Position numbers and translations under genes: made by a program. From assembly GCF_009914755.1 (NCBI RefSeq), contig NC_060932.1: a stretch of 64,000 nt of DNA; one strand, 5' to 3'. Of the stretch, positions 1-64,000 are shown in pieces. The notes beneath the pieces are model-generated. The model saw only the letters and a program-made list of their open reading frames with translations. It was not told where the DNA came from and did no database searches. Each line of letters starts with the position of its first letter. The first letter of the stretch is position 1. The stretch is from the human T2T-CHM13v2.0 reference genome, Homo sapiens.

Positions 1-270
1 ATCTTGAATCAATAGACGTATATATTGCACATGAAAATTAAGGCCTGATTTTCCCTTTCAGGGAGTTGTTGATTGGAAGAAAATTCTCTTTTTTCCAAAT
101 GCTTTTGGTATGGTCTATATAGATTTGTAGTTTCTGTCTTCATTCCATTTCATTCATTTGCTCTGCATAATATAATACTAGTTTAGAATATAGAATGCAA
201 AGACACATTTATGCAACATATTTTATAAAGGCAATTAGGTAATATATTTTTTTAATGTGTATATATACAG

Positions 271-64000
<63,730 letters not shown>

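Overview
Primate (human-like) genomic DNA, not prokaryotic. The window is an internal part of CSPP1 (centrosome and spindle pole-associated protein 1, a Joubert-syndrome gene) on the + strand. I traced 14 GT-AG coding exons from 271 to 62606. Their phases join into one stop-free frame of 1896 nt (632 codons), and the gene continues beyond both window edges. The introns hold about 40 Alus, old and young L1s (one with a twin-priming inversion), a full-length Tigger1, MER2/MER8/MER58, LTRs, L2/MIR relics and a tailless 5S rRNA retropseudogene. Nearly all other ORFs in the supplied track are repeat-derived. Three observations stand out. First, a non-Alu inverted duplication of about 360 bp (about 92% identical, L2-derived) brackets a single frame-shifting 94-nt exon. 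Second, the four-exon 432-nt block containing that exon would form a stop-free, endlessly open reading frame if back-spliced. Third, an internal YxxxLxxQ protein repeat has matching intron positions in two copies. Repeat subfamily names and boundaries were read by eye and are approximate.
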